DNA of 64,000 bases from NCBI RefSeq assembly GCF_035084215.1, contig NC_090370.1, positions 7,440,001 to 7,504,000 of the forward strand, written 5' to 3'. A program made the translations under genes and the position numbers. Positions 25,573 through 39,988 of the stretch are shown in pieces. Position 1 is the stretch's first letter, and every line of letters begins with the position of its first letter. The stretch comes from Heptranchias perlo (Eukaryota). The notes below the pieces were generated by a model, which had not been told where the DNA came from, searched no databases, and worked only from the letters and a program-made list of their open reading frames with translations.

Positions 25573-28500
25573 ATGCTCAAAACCAAATCCTACACTTCCT
25601 CGTCCTTGAGCGGCAGCGGTAACTGGGGCGGCAGCGGGAGATCCTCCGTCTCCAGTATGAGGTCCTTCGGGTCGCGCACCAGCGGCACGAATGTGGTTAT
25701 ACCCCGCGCACTAAGTATGATCCAAAGTCGCAGTCGGACAAGCTCAGCCGGTAGCCGCATGGCTGGTTACGGTGGTTACGGTGGTGGTTACGGTGGTTAC
25801 GGTGGTGGTTACGGTGGTGGTTTCGGTGCCGGTGGCCGGTCCAGCAGCGCCGGTTTCAGTAGCGGTCTGTCCTCGGGGATGATCCAGGCATCCACTGCCC
25901 TTGACCTGAACACCCCTCTCCCCAAAAATGACACCAGCCTGCAGCAGATCCGGGCGGTTGAGAAGGGCCAGCTCGAGGGGCTCAACAACAGATTTGCCGA
26001 TTTCATTGACAAGGTAATTTGAAGAGCTCTCTCCAGTCGGTCGTGTTTGTAACCGAGTGTTTTGTGTCTTTGCCCAATGACCTGGTGTGACTCTGGGAAT
26101 GGCTCTTCTCACTTGCCTCCCAGTTCAGTTCAAAGCTAACTGTACATTCATTTTACACCGTCAGGTTCGTAGGCTGGAAGAGAGAAATAAGCAACTGGAT
26201 GTCAATCTGAAGTTACTGAACGAACAGGGAACTTACAAATCCAACATCGACAAAATGTTCCAGGATTACATTGAGAACCTCAAAAGGCAACTGGGAACTC
26301 TAGAGCAGGAGAAGCAAAAGTTCGAGTCTGACCTTCTGCAAATGCAAAGTCTAGTTGAGGACTTTAAGGGCAAGTAAGTGTGGTGCTGCTGATATTTTTA
26401 TCCCATTTGTTCTGATCCTGTATCGTTTCTCACGCGAAACAAAGTTCCAGGTTCACACCTTGACAAGTTGAGCAGGACCGATCAAAATAATCCGCAGGAT
26501 ACTCAATTATAGTAAACTGAAGGAGTGAAAATAACTGTCTGTACTAGTTACAGTTACATTAGTCTGTGCTGAGTCTGCCAGTGTTACTGGAGGTCTGGGG
26601 AGTACACGATGGGGCAGGAAAGTACCTGAGTATGGTGCTCTGGGGAGTATACAATGGAGCAGACAAGTACCTGACTGTGCGATGGGGCGGAGAAGTACCT
26701 GAGTGTGGAGATCTGGGGAGTACACGATGGGGCGGAGAAGTACCTGAGTGTGGTGATCTGGGGAGTATACAATGGAGCAGACAAGTACCTGACTGTGCGA
26801 TGGGGCGGAGAAGTACCTGAGTGTGGAGATCTGGGGAGTATACAATGGGGCAGGAAAGTACCTGAGTATGGTGCTCTGGGGAGTATACAATGGAGCAGAC
26901 AAGTACCTGACTGTGCGATGGGGCGGAGAAGTACCTGAGTGTGGAGATCTGGGGAGTACACGATGGGGCGGAGAAGTACCTGAGTGTGGTGATCTGGGGA
27001 GTACACGATGGGGCGGAGAAGTACCTGAGTGTGGTGATCTGGGGAGTACACGATGGGGCGGAGAAGTACCTGAGTGTGGTGATCTGGGGAGTACACGATG
27101 GGGCGGAGAAGTACCTGAGTGTGGTGATCTGGGGAGTACACGATGGGGCGGAGAAGTACCTGAGTGTGGTGATCTGGGGAGTACACGATGGGGCGGAGAA
27201 GTACCTGAGTGTGGTGATCTGGGGAGTACACGATGGGGCGGAGAAGTACCTGAGTGTGGTGATCTGGGGAGCACACGATGGGGCGGAGAAGTACCTGAGT
27301 GTGGAGGTCTCGGGTGTTGCCTGTTGACTGTGAGCTGTGGTAAGGGCGGAGTCTCCCAGAGCTTTGCTGAGGTCAGTGACATCGATGAGTTGATTTTGGT
27401 AACGGAGGGGTTGGTGGGTTTGGTAAACTGGGGGTCTGGTCTGAGCAATCCATTCCTTTTAAGCACCAGCAGGACTTCTGCTTCTAAGAGCAAAGGTTGA
27501 ACATATTTGGGACGGTGTGTATTTTGTGGAGGGAAATGTATGAAGAATAGTGCATCCGTGGATGAATAGTTGATATTTCAGGAGTGAGGAAATCGTGGCT
27601 CGGTGACGGGGAGCATGGACAGTATTTACTCAGTGTAAGGGGTTCAGATCAACAACCCTGAATCGGTTTACCATGGAATCGGGGCAGAAAGATTTATCTC
27701 CATGGAATTACCAGTAAAATAATCTGTTTGATTCCAGATACGAAGATGAAATTAACAAGCGCACAGAAATGGAAAATGAGTTTGTCCTGGTGAAGAAGGT
27801 GAGCATTATTGTATATCTGTCTGCAGGGCCATTGCAAACGGATCCCTTGGCAGAGCTTTTCAAAGTACTGTGTCCCTCTCCTCTTTAGGATGTCGATGAC
27901 TCCTACATGAACAAGGTAGAGCTGGAAGCTAAACTGGAAAGTCTCACCGATGAAATCGACTTCCTCAGAACAATCTTTGAAGAGGTAAAAATGTGTCACG
28001 ATCCAAAAGTTGGCCTTTTGCTATTTAATCCAATCCAGACTGATCCAATCCAGCTCGAATGCTTCCAATCTCGTTTCAATCTTTCTTTCCCCACCGACCT
28101 TTAGGAAATCCGTGAGCTGCAGGCACAGATTCAGAACACTGCTGTCAGCGTGGAAGTGGACACCAGCCGCAATCTGAATGTGGACGAGATCGTTTCTCAA
28201 GTCAAACTTCAGTACGAATCACTTGCAAGAAACAGCCGTGCAGAAGCTGACCAATGGAAAGCGACCAAGGTGAGCTGTTTCAAACCCCGATCCCCATGTA
28301 ACACGTGTATTGATAGGTCCGCACCCGGTGGTGAATTGAGAAACCTTTCACTGACCAGTTGCCAATGTTTCATTGCAGATGCAGGAACTGTCCTTGTCAT
28401 CTGGACAATGTAGTGATGACCTCCGCGGGCTGAAAGCACAGATTACTGAGCTGACCAACAAAATCCGTATTCTCAATGGTGATATCGACAATCTTAAGCA

Positions 28501-31500
28501 GCAGGTAGGTAAAGAACTGAAAGCAAACAGGATATTGGCACCAATTGAATAACTGTTGTAAATCCCTCTCTCTCTCTGCGCCCCCCACACCCCCTCATCT
28601 CCACACACACAAACACACACACAAATACATCACCCTCCCTCCCTCCCAAAATGGGCAAGAGACGGTTGAAATATCAGCTCAATCTGGTATATTTCTGTCA
28701 CACTTGGTCTCTCAGTAATGATTACATTTGGACCTCTCGAAGGAAACATTGTGATGTGAATCCAATCCCAATCAGCATGCAATCCTCACCGCACGGCTGT
28801 CCCCATTTCATTGACATGGGAGAGAAGCAGAGGGTTCGTCTGCTTTCTGGATGACTCGTTTTGAGCGCTGCTCTGATACTCGAAATGCCGATGAAACTGA
28901 CCATTAATATTTGTGCCACTCAGCGGATCAAACTGGAGGCTGCAATCGGAGAAGCTGAGGAGCGCGGTGAGATGTCTCTCAAAGACGCGAGGATTAGGAT
29001 TGCTGATCTGGAAGCTGCCATCACCAAAGCAAAACAAGAGATGGTCAACCAAGTCCGCGAATACCAGGAGCTGATGAATGTCAAGCTGGCTCTGGATATT
29101 GAAATTACCACCTACAGGAAACTACTGGAGGGAGAGGAGTCCAGGTAGGACATGGGGCAGTTACAAATTCCAGCCATCACACTGAGTACAGATCAGCGTT
29201 TCATATACTGACAGATTACAATCTGTACTTGCATTTTATTTGATCTCTATTAATGGGATGAAGGAATGGCAGGGTAGTCTACAATCACTAACTTTGGTTT
29301 AAAGGCTGGTTAGTATCTAACCAGACACTAACATCACAGTCATCCCAGAATGAACACCTGGACGGTGATTAGTTCTTCCTTTTATAGAGCTGGACCAGTA
29401 AAGCTCTCCTGATGGCTCAGTGGGTAAAGGCATTGTGGAACTGACCAGATGGTCCACCAGGGCAGCAGTTGGGGTGTACAGTTGTGCTCTGTGCCCCGAG
29501 CAAGGGAGGGTAAAAGCAGCCAAGAATCCTGTTCCTGATTGCTATGCAGTGAGTTCTGCGGGAAGGTATTTTTGTTCCTTCCCCATGGTCAAATAGTCTG
29601 CTGGCACTTGCTGAGTGTGCTGACACATGAGGAATGGACACTTTGGGTGAGGGGCTGGAGGGTGACTGTGCCCGGCAGAGGTCAATGTTGCTGGGAGGGG
29701 GAGAAGATTGGTAAACTAGAGGATAATATGTTTGTGAATATACTGCAAATACCTGTTGTAATGTGAATGTGTTTCCCTTATTAACAGGATAGATTCTGGG
29801 ATACAAACCATCAGCATCCAGCAAATACAAGGGCAGGGTAAGAGAACTAATAATTCATAGTTGGGATAAATGGGGAAAACTGGAAATCTGAAACAAAAAT
29901 GGAAAATTCTGGAAATACATAGTTAACCGCATGAAAAGTGAAAAGGCAGGTTCTCATTTCAAGTATAGAGCCTTGGGCACAGTGCCTGTGTTCTGATGAT
30001 TGGTCTGCAGTGCCCCCCGAACCTCAACCTCTCTTTGTTCTGTTTTCAGAGGCTGACGGACCTGCTGTGTATTTCCAGCACTTTCTGTTCTCATTTTAAT
30101 AATTCATAATTGTTATCAATGTCGCTGTGTTTAATGATGAGATTAACAGCTTTTTAATGTCAGGGCAAGAAGCAATTACTTCTAATAAAACTGAACTTCC
30201 CTTCCTGGCCCCCATGCTAGCTGATATTATTAATGGTTCCCTCTCCTCTGGTACTGTCCCCCTGCATTTCATATCAGCTATCATCACCCTCCTCCTCAAA
30301 AAACCCACCCTTGACCCTCTGTCCTTGCAAACTACCGCCCCATCTCCAACCTCCCTTTCCTCACCAAAGTCCTTGAACGTGCTGTCGCCTGCAAAATCTG
30401 TGCTCATCTTTCCCGCAACTCCATGTTTGGACCTCTTCCATCAGATTTCTGCCCCTGCCACAGTACTGAAACGGCCCTAATCAAAGTCACAAATGACATC
30501 CTACGTGATTTATCATGGTAAATTCCTCCTCCTTCTTGACCTGTCTTCAGCCTTTGACACAGTTGACCACACCATCCTCCTCCAACACCTCTTCTCCTTT
30601 GGTTAGCTGAATGGGACTGCCCTCTCCTGGTTCCATTCCTATCCGTCCAGTCATGGCCAGAGAATTTCCTGCACCATTAGCTCTGGAGTCTCCCAAGGAT
30701 CTATCCTTGGACCACTCCTATTTCTATCTACCTGCTGCTCCTCAGCGACATCATCCGAAAACGCAACGTCAGATTCCACATGTACACTGATGACACCCTC
30801 CTCTACCTCATGCCTTTTTTATCTCTAGACTCCACTATTCCAATGCTCTCTTGGCCGGCCTCCCGCCTTCCACCCTCAATAAACTTCAGCTCATCCAATA
30901 CTCTGCTGCACATATCCTAACTCGCATCAAGTCACGTTCACCCATCACCCCTGTGCTCGATAACTTACGTTGACTCCTGGTTTGGCAACAACTCGAATAT
31001 AAATTTATCATCCTTGTGTTCAAATCAATCAATGGCATCGCCCTCCCTATCTCTGTAACCTCCTGCAGCATTACAATTTTTAAAAATTCATTCATGGGAT
31101 GTGGGCGTCGCTGGCAAGGCCAGCATTTATTGCCCATCCCTAATTGCCCTTGAGAAGGTGGTGGTGAGCCGCCTTCTTGAACCGCTGCAGTCCGTGTGGT
31201 GAAGGTACTCCCACAGTGCTGTGAGGGAGAGAGTTCCAGGATTTTGACCCAGCGACGATGAAGGAACAGTGATATATTTCCAAGTCAGGATGGTGTGTGA
31301 CTTGGAGGGGAACATGCAGGTGGTGTTGTTCCCATGCGCCTGCTGCCCTTGTCCTTCTCGATGATAGAGGTTGCGGGTTTGGGAGGTACTGTTGAAGAAG
31401 CCTTGGCAAGCTGCTGCAGTGCATCTTGTAGATGGTACACACTGCAGCCATGTTGCGCCGGTGGAGAAGGGAGTGAATGTTTAGGGTGGTGGATGGGGTG

Positions 31501-32345
31501 CCAATCAAGTGGGCTGCTTTGTCCTGGATGGCATCGAGCTTCTTGAGTGTTGTTGGAGCTGCACTCATCCAGGCAAGTGGAGAGTATTCCATCACACTCC
31601 TGACTTGTGCCTTGTAAATGGGGGAAAGGCTTTGGGGAGTCAGGAGCTGAGTCACTTGCCACAGAATAACCAGCCTCTGACCTGCTCTTGTAGCCACAGT
31701 ATTTATGTGGCTGGTCCAGTTAAGTTTCTGGTCAATGGTGACCTCCAAGATGTTGATGGTAGGGGTTTCGGCGATGGTAATGCCATTGAATGTAAAGGGG
31801 GCATTTGAATGTCAAAGCTCTGAGATCGCTGCACTCCTCCAATTCTGGCCTCTTACGCATCCCCGATTTCCATCGCCAGTGGCGGCCGCGGTCAGCTGCC
31901 TAGGCCCTAAGTTCTGGAATTCCCTCCCTAAACCTATCCGCCTCTCCACCTCCTTTAAGACGCTCCTTAAAACCTACCCTTTTGAGCAAACTTTGGGTGT
32001 CCTGTCCTAATTTCTCCTTATGCGGCTCGGTGTCAAATTTTGTTTGATGATCACTCCTTGCCTTGGGCTGTTTTACTACATTAAAGGCGCTATATAATTG
32101 CAAGTTGTTGTACTTGTACTTTTAATTGATTTTAAGGGTGTTTTTCCCCCTTTACAGGTAATTTTCAGGATTTTAGTTCAATGAGTGGTGGAATAACTGG
32201 ATATGTCCAAAGCAGCGGGCATGGCATGGAAACCTCTAATGTTTCAGGAGGCAAATCTGGTTTCAGTAGTGGCGGAGGTGTCAGCAAAACCTTGATTGTG
32301 AAATCAGTGGAGCATACCAGTGGTGGATATACAAGTACATCTTGA
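25573..32345 (+). CDS. Type II cytoskeletal keratin (K8-like), copy 2, 518 aa, tail A
   Basis: join(25573..26013,26165..26373,27738..27798,27889..27984,28105..28269,28379..28504,28924..29144,29788..29837,32158..32345). Same exon sizes and splice sites as copy 1; no stop or frameshift seen. Confidence 0.93.
26588..27310. repeat. Intron-2 minisatellite, copy 2, 723 bp
   Basis: Same 45/28-bp units; +343 bp relative to copy 1 (7x45+28). Confidence 0.95.
30187..32110. mobile_element. Intron-8 L2 (+) with nested family-B LINE (-), unit 3
   Basis: Duplicate of 15777-17700. Confidence 0.8.
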
Positions 32346-33141
32346 ATCAATGAGGGATAAACTCGTGCCAGCAATGTCTCTTACTGGCCCACATTTTCAG
32401 AGGCTGTATTTCCTCTACCTGCTGATTTTAATGCAGTGGTTAACAGGTTTGGATTAACTTCATGTCTGCTATTTGGAACACCATCATTAACCTGTTCATT
32501 TTAAATAGTTAAACGACATGAAATTAACATCAATAGCTTAACCAGTGCACTAAAAACATCGCACAGAGAAAATTAAACCTAGTAAAGGCCTATAGTTTGG
32601 GTTTGTGGGAAAACCGGTCAAGAAACTCACACTTTATTTGTTGGCCCCTTTAAAATGGGAAATAAACCAAAGTTTTCGGTGCTGATGTCTGTTTCATGAT
32701 TCTCTATCATTTTGTACTGGGGATTTATCTTTTATGACACTCCTGTTATACTGAATAAACTTCTAATCTACAAACCTGGACTGCTTTTTGCTTAAGCACA
32801 ATATTAAGTTAGTGAAAAGAACAAGTTTCATACAGAGTGAATTTAAGAATTTTTAAATATTTAGCATTAAGGTTGATGCAATGTTATGAAATGTAGAAAG
32901 ATTATTTTGTGTATTCCATATAAAAAACACACCAGACCATTACTGCAATCAATCAGAGCATGGATCGAGATACAGTAAAGTCTAATAGCAATCTGAGCTC
33001 CACCTTCTCCTCCACCAATGATGTTACTTTTTCCATCATCTGAGAATACCAACACTGGACATGAGATTTTTTTGAATTTCCAGAACATTCTCCTTTCCCA
33101 ATGGTCACAATCCAGCTTGTGTATCAAATAAGCAGCCCACC

Positions 33142-36100
33142 TCATAGAATCAGAGAATGATACGGCACAGAAGGAGGCCATTCAGCCCATTGTGCCTGTG
33201 CCGGCTCTTTAAAGAGCTATCCAATTAGTCCCACTTCTCTGCTCTTTCTCCGCAGCCCTGTAATTTTTTCCCCTTCAAGTATTTATCCAAGTCCCTTTTG
33301 AAAGTTATTATTGAATCTGCTTCCACCACCCTTTCAGGCAGTGCATTCCAGATCACAACAACTCGCGGTGTAAAAAAACATGTCCTCATGTCGCCTCTGC
33401 TTCTTTTGCCAGTCACCTTAAATCTGTGTCCTCTGGTTACCAACCCTTCTGCCACTGGAAACAGTTTCTCCTTATTTGCTCTATCAAAACCATTCATGAT
33501 TTTGAACACCTCTATCAAATATCTATGGGCTAGTGTAAGATGCATTAGGTTAGAACACTGGCCCTGGGGCCTGTCTTCAAATCCAGTCCAGACTGATCGA
33601 GGAAACTATCCTTTATCTACTAGCTGTAAGTGTCCTACATAAAATGAGTTTGTGCCGTCTCTACCCTGTTCCAAATAAGTATAGGCCGACAGTACAAAAC
33701 GGTCCCTAATCATAGAATGGTTACAGCACAGAAGGAGGCCATTCGGCCCATCGAGCCCGTGCCAGTTCTTTGTAAGAACAATCCAGTTAGTCTCCTTCTC
33801 TTACCCCATAGCTCTGTAAACTTTTTCCCTTCAAGTATTTATCCAATTCCTTTGCAGCAATAAACACTAAGTAAGCAGCCTCACTCAGTGAGGCCACAGG
33901 ATAGCTTGTGTGAAATATCATACCGATGCAGTAATGCCATAGGGACTGAGGCACATTCTTGGGGCAGAGAAAAGGAGCTCTACTCTGTATCAAGCCATGC
34001 TTCCAAAACTGACCTGGGCATGTTTGATATCGACTGGGTAACCAAAATGGAAAGTGTTACATTCCCCAGCACTAACATTTGTTTAGATTAACTTACAGTA
34101 TAACTCAGGGAATCCATAAGGAATGGGCCACACAATGGCAAATGGCATTTAACTTAGATAAATGTCATGTCATGCATGTTGGTATGACCAACACAGAATA
34201 CATTTATCATTTACAGGGAACAACACTGAAAGAGATAAAATGATCGAGGTGTTATTGTGCACAGATCACTGAAGGTTCATGACCAATGTAGAGAAGTTGT
34301 AGCTAAAGTTAACAGGGTGTTGGGTTTTATTAATAGAACCATTCAGTATAAATCAAAGGACACCATTCTGTCATTATACAGGTCACTTGTACTGTGCCCA
34401 GTTTTGGTCCCCCCACATGGTGGGTGATGAATGGTCTTGGAAAAGGTTCAGAGGAGAGCTACAAGAATGGTTCCTATCTTCAACAATCATAGTCACTCAT
34501 TGGGGTTAAAGAGCTGGGTCAATTTATGTGAAAAGAGCGTAGGCTTAAAGGTGACCTGATAGAGGTCTATAAAATAATTAAAGGCTGGATAGCGTCCCTA
34601 TCAATAGATTATTCCAATTAAACAGATTGGGGAGGACCAGGGGACAGGAATTTAAACTATATAAGAGTGGGAATAGACTGATAGATTGGATGTTAGGCGG
34701 TTCTTCTTTTCCCAGAGAGTAGTGAGTCTCTGGAACACATTGCTGGCTGGTGTGGTGTGTGCTGACTCTCTGCTTTCAATGGGAAGCTGGACAGGTTCTT
34801 GACTGGGGCAGAGGTCGAATCGTATGGAAGGTAAATGGCTTGATAGATAACACTTGGTCCATGTAATTTCCTGGTTTGGTTTAGATTGCCTGAGGGGGTC
34901 AGAGAAGAATTTTGCAGAGCAGTTTTTCCCTTATTAGCCCTGGGTTTTCACCTCTCCCAGAGGATTACATGCCTGCAGAGGGGGTGGGAAGTTGTGGGCT
35001 TGGGGGGGTTGGTGTGGGGAGGGTTTTTAGGAAGTGTCTGGTCATGATGCTCCAGCCATCATGAGTGTGGGACAGGCTTGATGGACCAGCTGGTCATTTC
35101 CTGCCTGTTATTTTCAAATGTAAGGAATCTTACAACACCAGGTTATAGTCCAACTGTTTTATTTGAAAATCACAAGCTTTCGGAGGCTTTCTCCTTCGTC
35201 AGGTGAGTGTGGGATTGCATGGAAGCCTCCGAAAGCTTGTGATTTTCAAATAAAACAGTTGGACTATAACCTGGTGTTGTAAGATTCCTTACATTTGTCA
35301 ACCCCAGTCCATCACCGGCATCTCCACATCATGTTATTTTCATATGTTTGTATGCAGGGTAAGACGTCTTAATCTCTGATGTTGGAATCACACAAAGAGT
35401 AATCAATAACTGGAATGGTCTTTTTGGTTAGGAAATGGAATCAAAAACTTTGTCCTTGTTCAAGAGGCAATTGTATGGTCTGGAGGGTCATAAACTTCTA
35501 CGGAAGGTAGATTTAGATGGGCTCAATGGCCCCCCTGCAATGTTCCAGAACTAGCTGTGCCTCTAGCCAAACTCTTCCAGTACAGCTACAACACTGGCAT
35601 CTACCCGACAATGCGGAAAATTGCCCAGGTATGTCCTATCCACAAAAAGCAGGACAATTCCAATCCGGCCAATTACCGCCCCATCCGTCCACTCTCAATC
35701 ATCAGCAAAGTGATGGAAGGTGTCGACAACAGTGCTATCAAGCGGCACTTATTCACCAATAACCTGCTCACTGATGTTCAGTTTGGGTTCCACCTGGACC
35801 ACTCAGCTCCAGACCTCATTACAGCCTTGGTCCAAACATGGACAAAAGATCTGAATTACAGAGGTGAGCTGAGAGTGACTGCCCTTGACATCAAGGCAGC
35901 ATTTGACTGAGTGTGGCACCAAGGAGCCCGAGTAAAATTGAAGTAAAAGGGAATCAGGGGGAAAACTCTCCAGTGGCTGGAGTCATACCGAGCACAAAGG
36001 AAGATATTAGTGGTTGTTGGAGGCCAATCATCTCAGCCTCAGGACATTGCTGCAGGAGTTCCTCAGGGCAGTGACCTAGGCCCAACCATCTTCAGTTGCT

Positions 36101-39087
36101 TCATCAATTACCTTCCCTCCATCATTAGGTCAGAAATGGGGATGCAGCAAGACCTGGACAACATCCAGGCTTGGGCCGATAAGTGGCAAGTAACATTTGG
36201 GCCAGACAAGCGGCAGGGATGGGCAACAAATGCTGGCCTTGCCAGCGACACCCACATCCCATGAACGAGAAAAACAAACCTACATTTGTGATTTTAGTGA
36301 TACCAGTTTTTCAGGGACTATTTTCACCCTTTGTGAGATGCACTATGTGATCCCAGATCAGTCTGGGCATTTCAAATTTCCTGTAAGAATAAACTAAGAA
36401 AACCACTGAGAGTGAAATGGGAAAAATCAACATGAAAATACCCGTTAAAAATCCACTAACACAACAAATTGGTCCACAAGCTGCATTTGATTCCATCGGC
36501 CCAAATACCCAAGATCACAAACAACCAGATTGCATGGAATAGGAATATTCCTCCTCGGAATTGGCCACGTATATATGGATCCTCTTTTCCCTTTAAATCA
36601 TTCTTATTTGAACTATCTGTTCCCCACACTTCAGCAATCTTAAAGTTACCACTGGGTGAACAGGACGCACCAGGGATCCTGGTGTGCTTCCACACTATAC
36701 CAGCTGGTGGAGCTCTTGGGACATAGCAGACTGGGCATTTTATTGCTCTGGTGTTCGGCCAAGCGGTCGATTCGTTCAATCTGCTGTCACACTCTGCTGC
36801 TATCAATTCTGTGAACCTGAAAGAGCAAAAGCGAGTTTAATCCTCAGCTGATTGTGGCGAGGGAACTCTGCTACAAACGACAACTTGCAGTTATATTGCG
36901 CTTTTAACGTGGTAAAACATCCCAAGGCGCTTCACAGGAGGGCAGTCAGATAAAAATTGACACCGAGCCACAGAAGGAGACATTAGGACAGGTGAAGAGG
37001 TAGGTTTTAAGGAGGGTTTTAAAATAGGAGAGAGAGGTAGAGAGGTTTAGGGTGGGAATTCCAGAGCTTAGGGCCTAGGCAGCTGAAGATATCACTGCCA
37101 ATGATGGGGCGAAGGAAGTGGGGAGATGTACAAGAGGCCAGAATTGGAGGAGCGCAGAGATCTCGAAGGGTTGTAGGGCTGGAGGAGTTTACAGTGATAA
37201 GGAGGGGCGAGGCCATGGAGGGATTTGAATACGAGGATGAGAGCTTTAAAATCGAGGTGTTCAGGGACTGGGAGCCAATGTAGGTCAGCGGGTACAGGGG
37301 TGATGGGCGAACGGGGTTTGGTGCAAGTTATGATACGGGCAGCAGAGTTTTGGATGAGCTCAACTTTATGGAGAGTGGAGGATGTGAGGCCGGCCAGGAA
37401 AGCATTGGGTTTTAGCAGCAGATGAGGCAGGGGCGGAGACAGGTGCAAGTAGGTGCTCTTTGTGATGGAGAGGATACGGGGTCGGAAGCTCACCTCAGGA
37501 CCAATTATGACGCCCGGGTTGTGAACAGAAACATCAACTCTCACACGAGACTGACCATTCAATTGTGACAGAGGAGTGAAATCCCACCAACAATGGAACC
37601 ACGATTTCAATCACACCTGACGGTTCTCCTCTATTCCCCAGTGCTCAAGGAGTATTTTAACCCTTTCTTCCCAGATGAGTCAATGCTTCCTGGCCTAATA
37701 AACATTTCTCCCACTTTGGACTGTTCTAAAATAAGCCCGTTGCAATATTCTTTCCTGATTGACCAGAGACTGTTTATGATTAACTCTTACACTTGAATTT
37801 CCGACTGGTCTGGAAAAGCTTTCGAAGATTGTTTTGATCCCAGACTGGGAAGGTTTCTTGGTTTTGCCTCTTTTGACAGTAAAATGGTAGGTACAGCAAA
37901 GGAGGAGGCCATTCAGCCCATCGTGCCTGTGCCGGCTGGTTGAAAGAGCTATCCAATTAGTCCCATTCCCCTGCTCTTTCTCCATAGCCCTGTACATTTT
38001 TCCCTTCAAGTATTTATCCAATTCCCATTTGAAAGTTACAATTGAATCTGCTTCCACCACCGTTTCAGGGAGTGAATTCCAGATCATTACAACTCCTGCA
38101 TAAAACATTGTTTCCTCGTGTCGCCCTTGGCTCTTTTGCGGATCACATTAAAAATGTGTCCTCTGGTCACCGATCCCTCTGCCACTGGAAATAGTTTCTC
38201 CTTATTTACAAAGGAAGATGGTAGTGGTTGTTGGAGGCCAATGATCTGAGCCCCAGGACGTTGCTGCAGGAGTTCCTCAGGGTAGTGTCCTCGGCCCAAC
38301 CATCTTCAGCTGCTTCATCAATGACCTTCCCTCCATCATAAGGTCAGAAATGGGGATGTTCGCTGATGATTGCACAGTGTTCAGTTCCGTTCGCAACCCC
38401 TCAGATAATGAAGCAGTCGGTGCCTGCATGCAGCATGACCTGGACAACATCCAGGCTTGGGCTCATAAGTGGCAAGTAACATTCGCACCAGACAAGTGGC
38501 AGGCAATGACCATCTCAAACAAGAGTCGAACCACCTCCCCTTGACATTCAACGGCATTACCATCGCCAAACCCCGCACCATCAACATCCTGGGGGTCACC
38601 ATTGACCAGAAACTTAACTGGACCAGTCACATAAATACTGTGGCTACAAGAGCAGGTCAGAGGCTGGGTATTCTGCAGCGAGTATCTCACCTCCTGACTC
38701 CCCAAAGCCTTTCCACCATCTACATGGCACAAGTCAGGAGTGTGATGGAATACTCTCCACTTGTCTGGATGAGTGCAGCTCCAACAACACTCAAGAAGCT
38801 TGACACCATCCAGGACAAAGCAGCCCGCTTGATTGGCAGCCTATCCACCACCCTAAACATTCACTCCCTCCACCATCGTCGCTGGGTCAAAATCCAGGAA
38901 CTCCCTTCCCAACAGCACTGTGGGAGAACCTTCACCACATGGACTGCAGCGGTTCAAGAAGGCGGCTCACCACCACCTTCTCAAGGGCAATTGGGGATGG
39001 CCAATAAATGCTGGACTTGCCAGCGACGCCCACATCCCATGAATGAATAAAAAAACTCTATCAATCCGTTCATGATTTTGAACACCA
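33142..39087. mobile_element. Intergenic stack of CR1, L2, family-B and Penelope fragments, unit 3
   Basis: Duplicate of 4663-10603; Penelope palindrome at 35118-35331. Confidence 0.75.
35170..35206 (-). ncRNA. Minimal hammerhead ribozyme motif, unit 3
   Basis: Identical to 6673-6709. Confidence 0.7.
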
Positions 39088-39988
39088 TTATGTTGGAGGT
39101 GAAATGACTTTTCTGCTGTTGCGGGTCCGCCAGCTGTAACCCCGCCCAAGCAAACAGTCTCAGAAACAGCCGCAGGGTGTGACCGAGATGGGAGCTCAGA
39201 CAATCCCTACATCACGATTTAACCCTTTATGTGCCGCAACATGCAGCTACCAACAGGGAAAAAGTGACTTAAAGATCGACAAATCCATAAACTAATTTCT
39301 TTACGCACAGAAAGCAAGCGAGCTATTCATACACCAATAAAAGATCACCACCCACACTTAAAGCCGCGGAATGTCCCTCACTAATGGACTATCCGATCTA
39401 CTATCTCCATTTATAATGATGTGGAGATGCCGGTGATGGACTGGGGTTGACAATTGTAAACAATTTTACAACACCAAGTTATAGTCCAACGATTTTTATT
39501 TGAAATCTACAAGCTTTCGGAGGCTTCCTCCTTCAGGTAAATGTCTGAAGGCTTGTAGATTTCAAATAAAATCGTTGGACTATAACTTGGTGTTGTAAAA
39601 TCCATTTATAATAATGATGTCCACCGGAATTGATGGGCTATCAAACAGCTCCTTCACATGGTCACTTGGAGCCGACCAGCTCTACACACAGCTGATGGTC
39701 TGAAGGCAGGAGTCTGCTTCCAAGATCCACACATTTTTGCTGACGCCAAGTTGGCCTGTGGCAGTGAAAGCAATAACCAGGTGTTGCTGCCCGGCAAAGG
39801 GACAGGTTGGAACCCATGGGAGAGGGGGCGGGTGGCCCCTCCTCTATATCGGCTGCTCCATTCCCATCCCTGTTATCTGACACCCTGACCAAGCCCAGAT
39901 CCACACAGCCCATAAAAGCAGCAAAAACCGCCCTCACCTCCACCAGTCCATCAGTTTCCGACTCTCCGCTCACTCAAACAACAGCATC

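Noticed and set aside
26588-27310. CRISPR-like appearance of regularly spaced repeats
   Set aside because: No unique spacers, units are contiguous, no cas genes, and the context is a eukaryotic intron.
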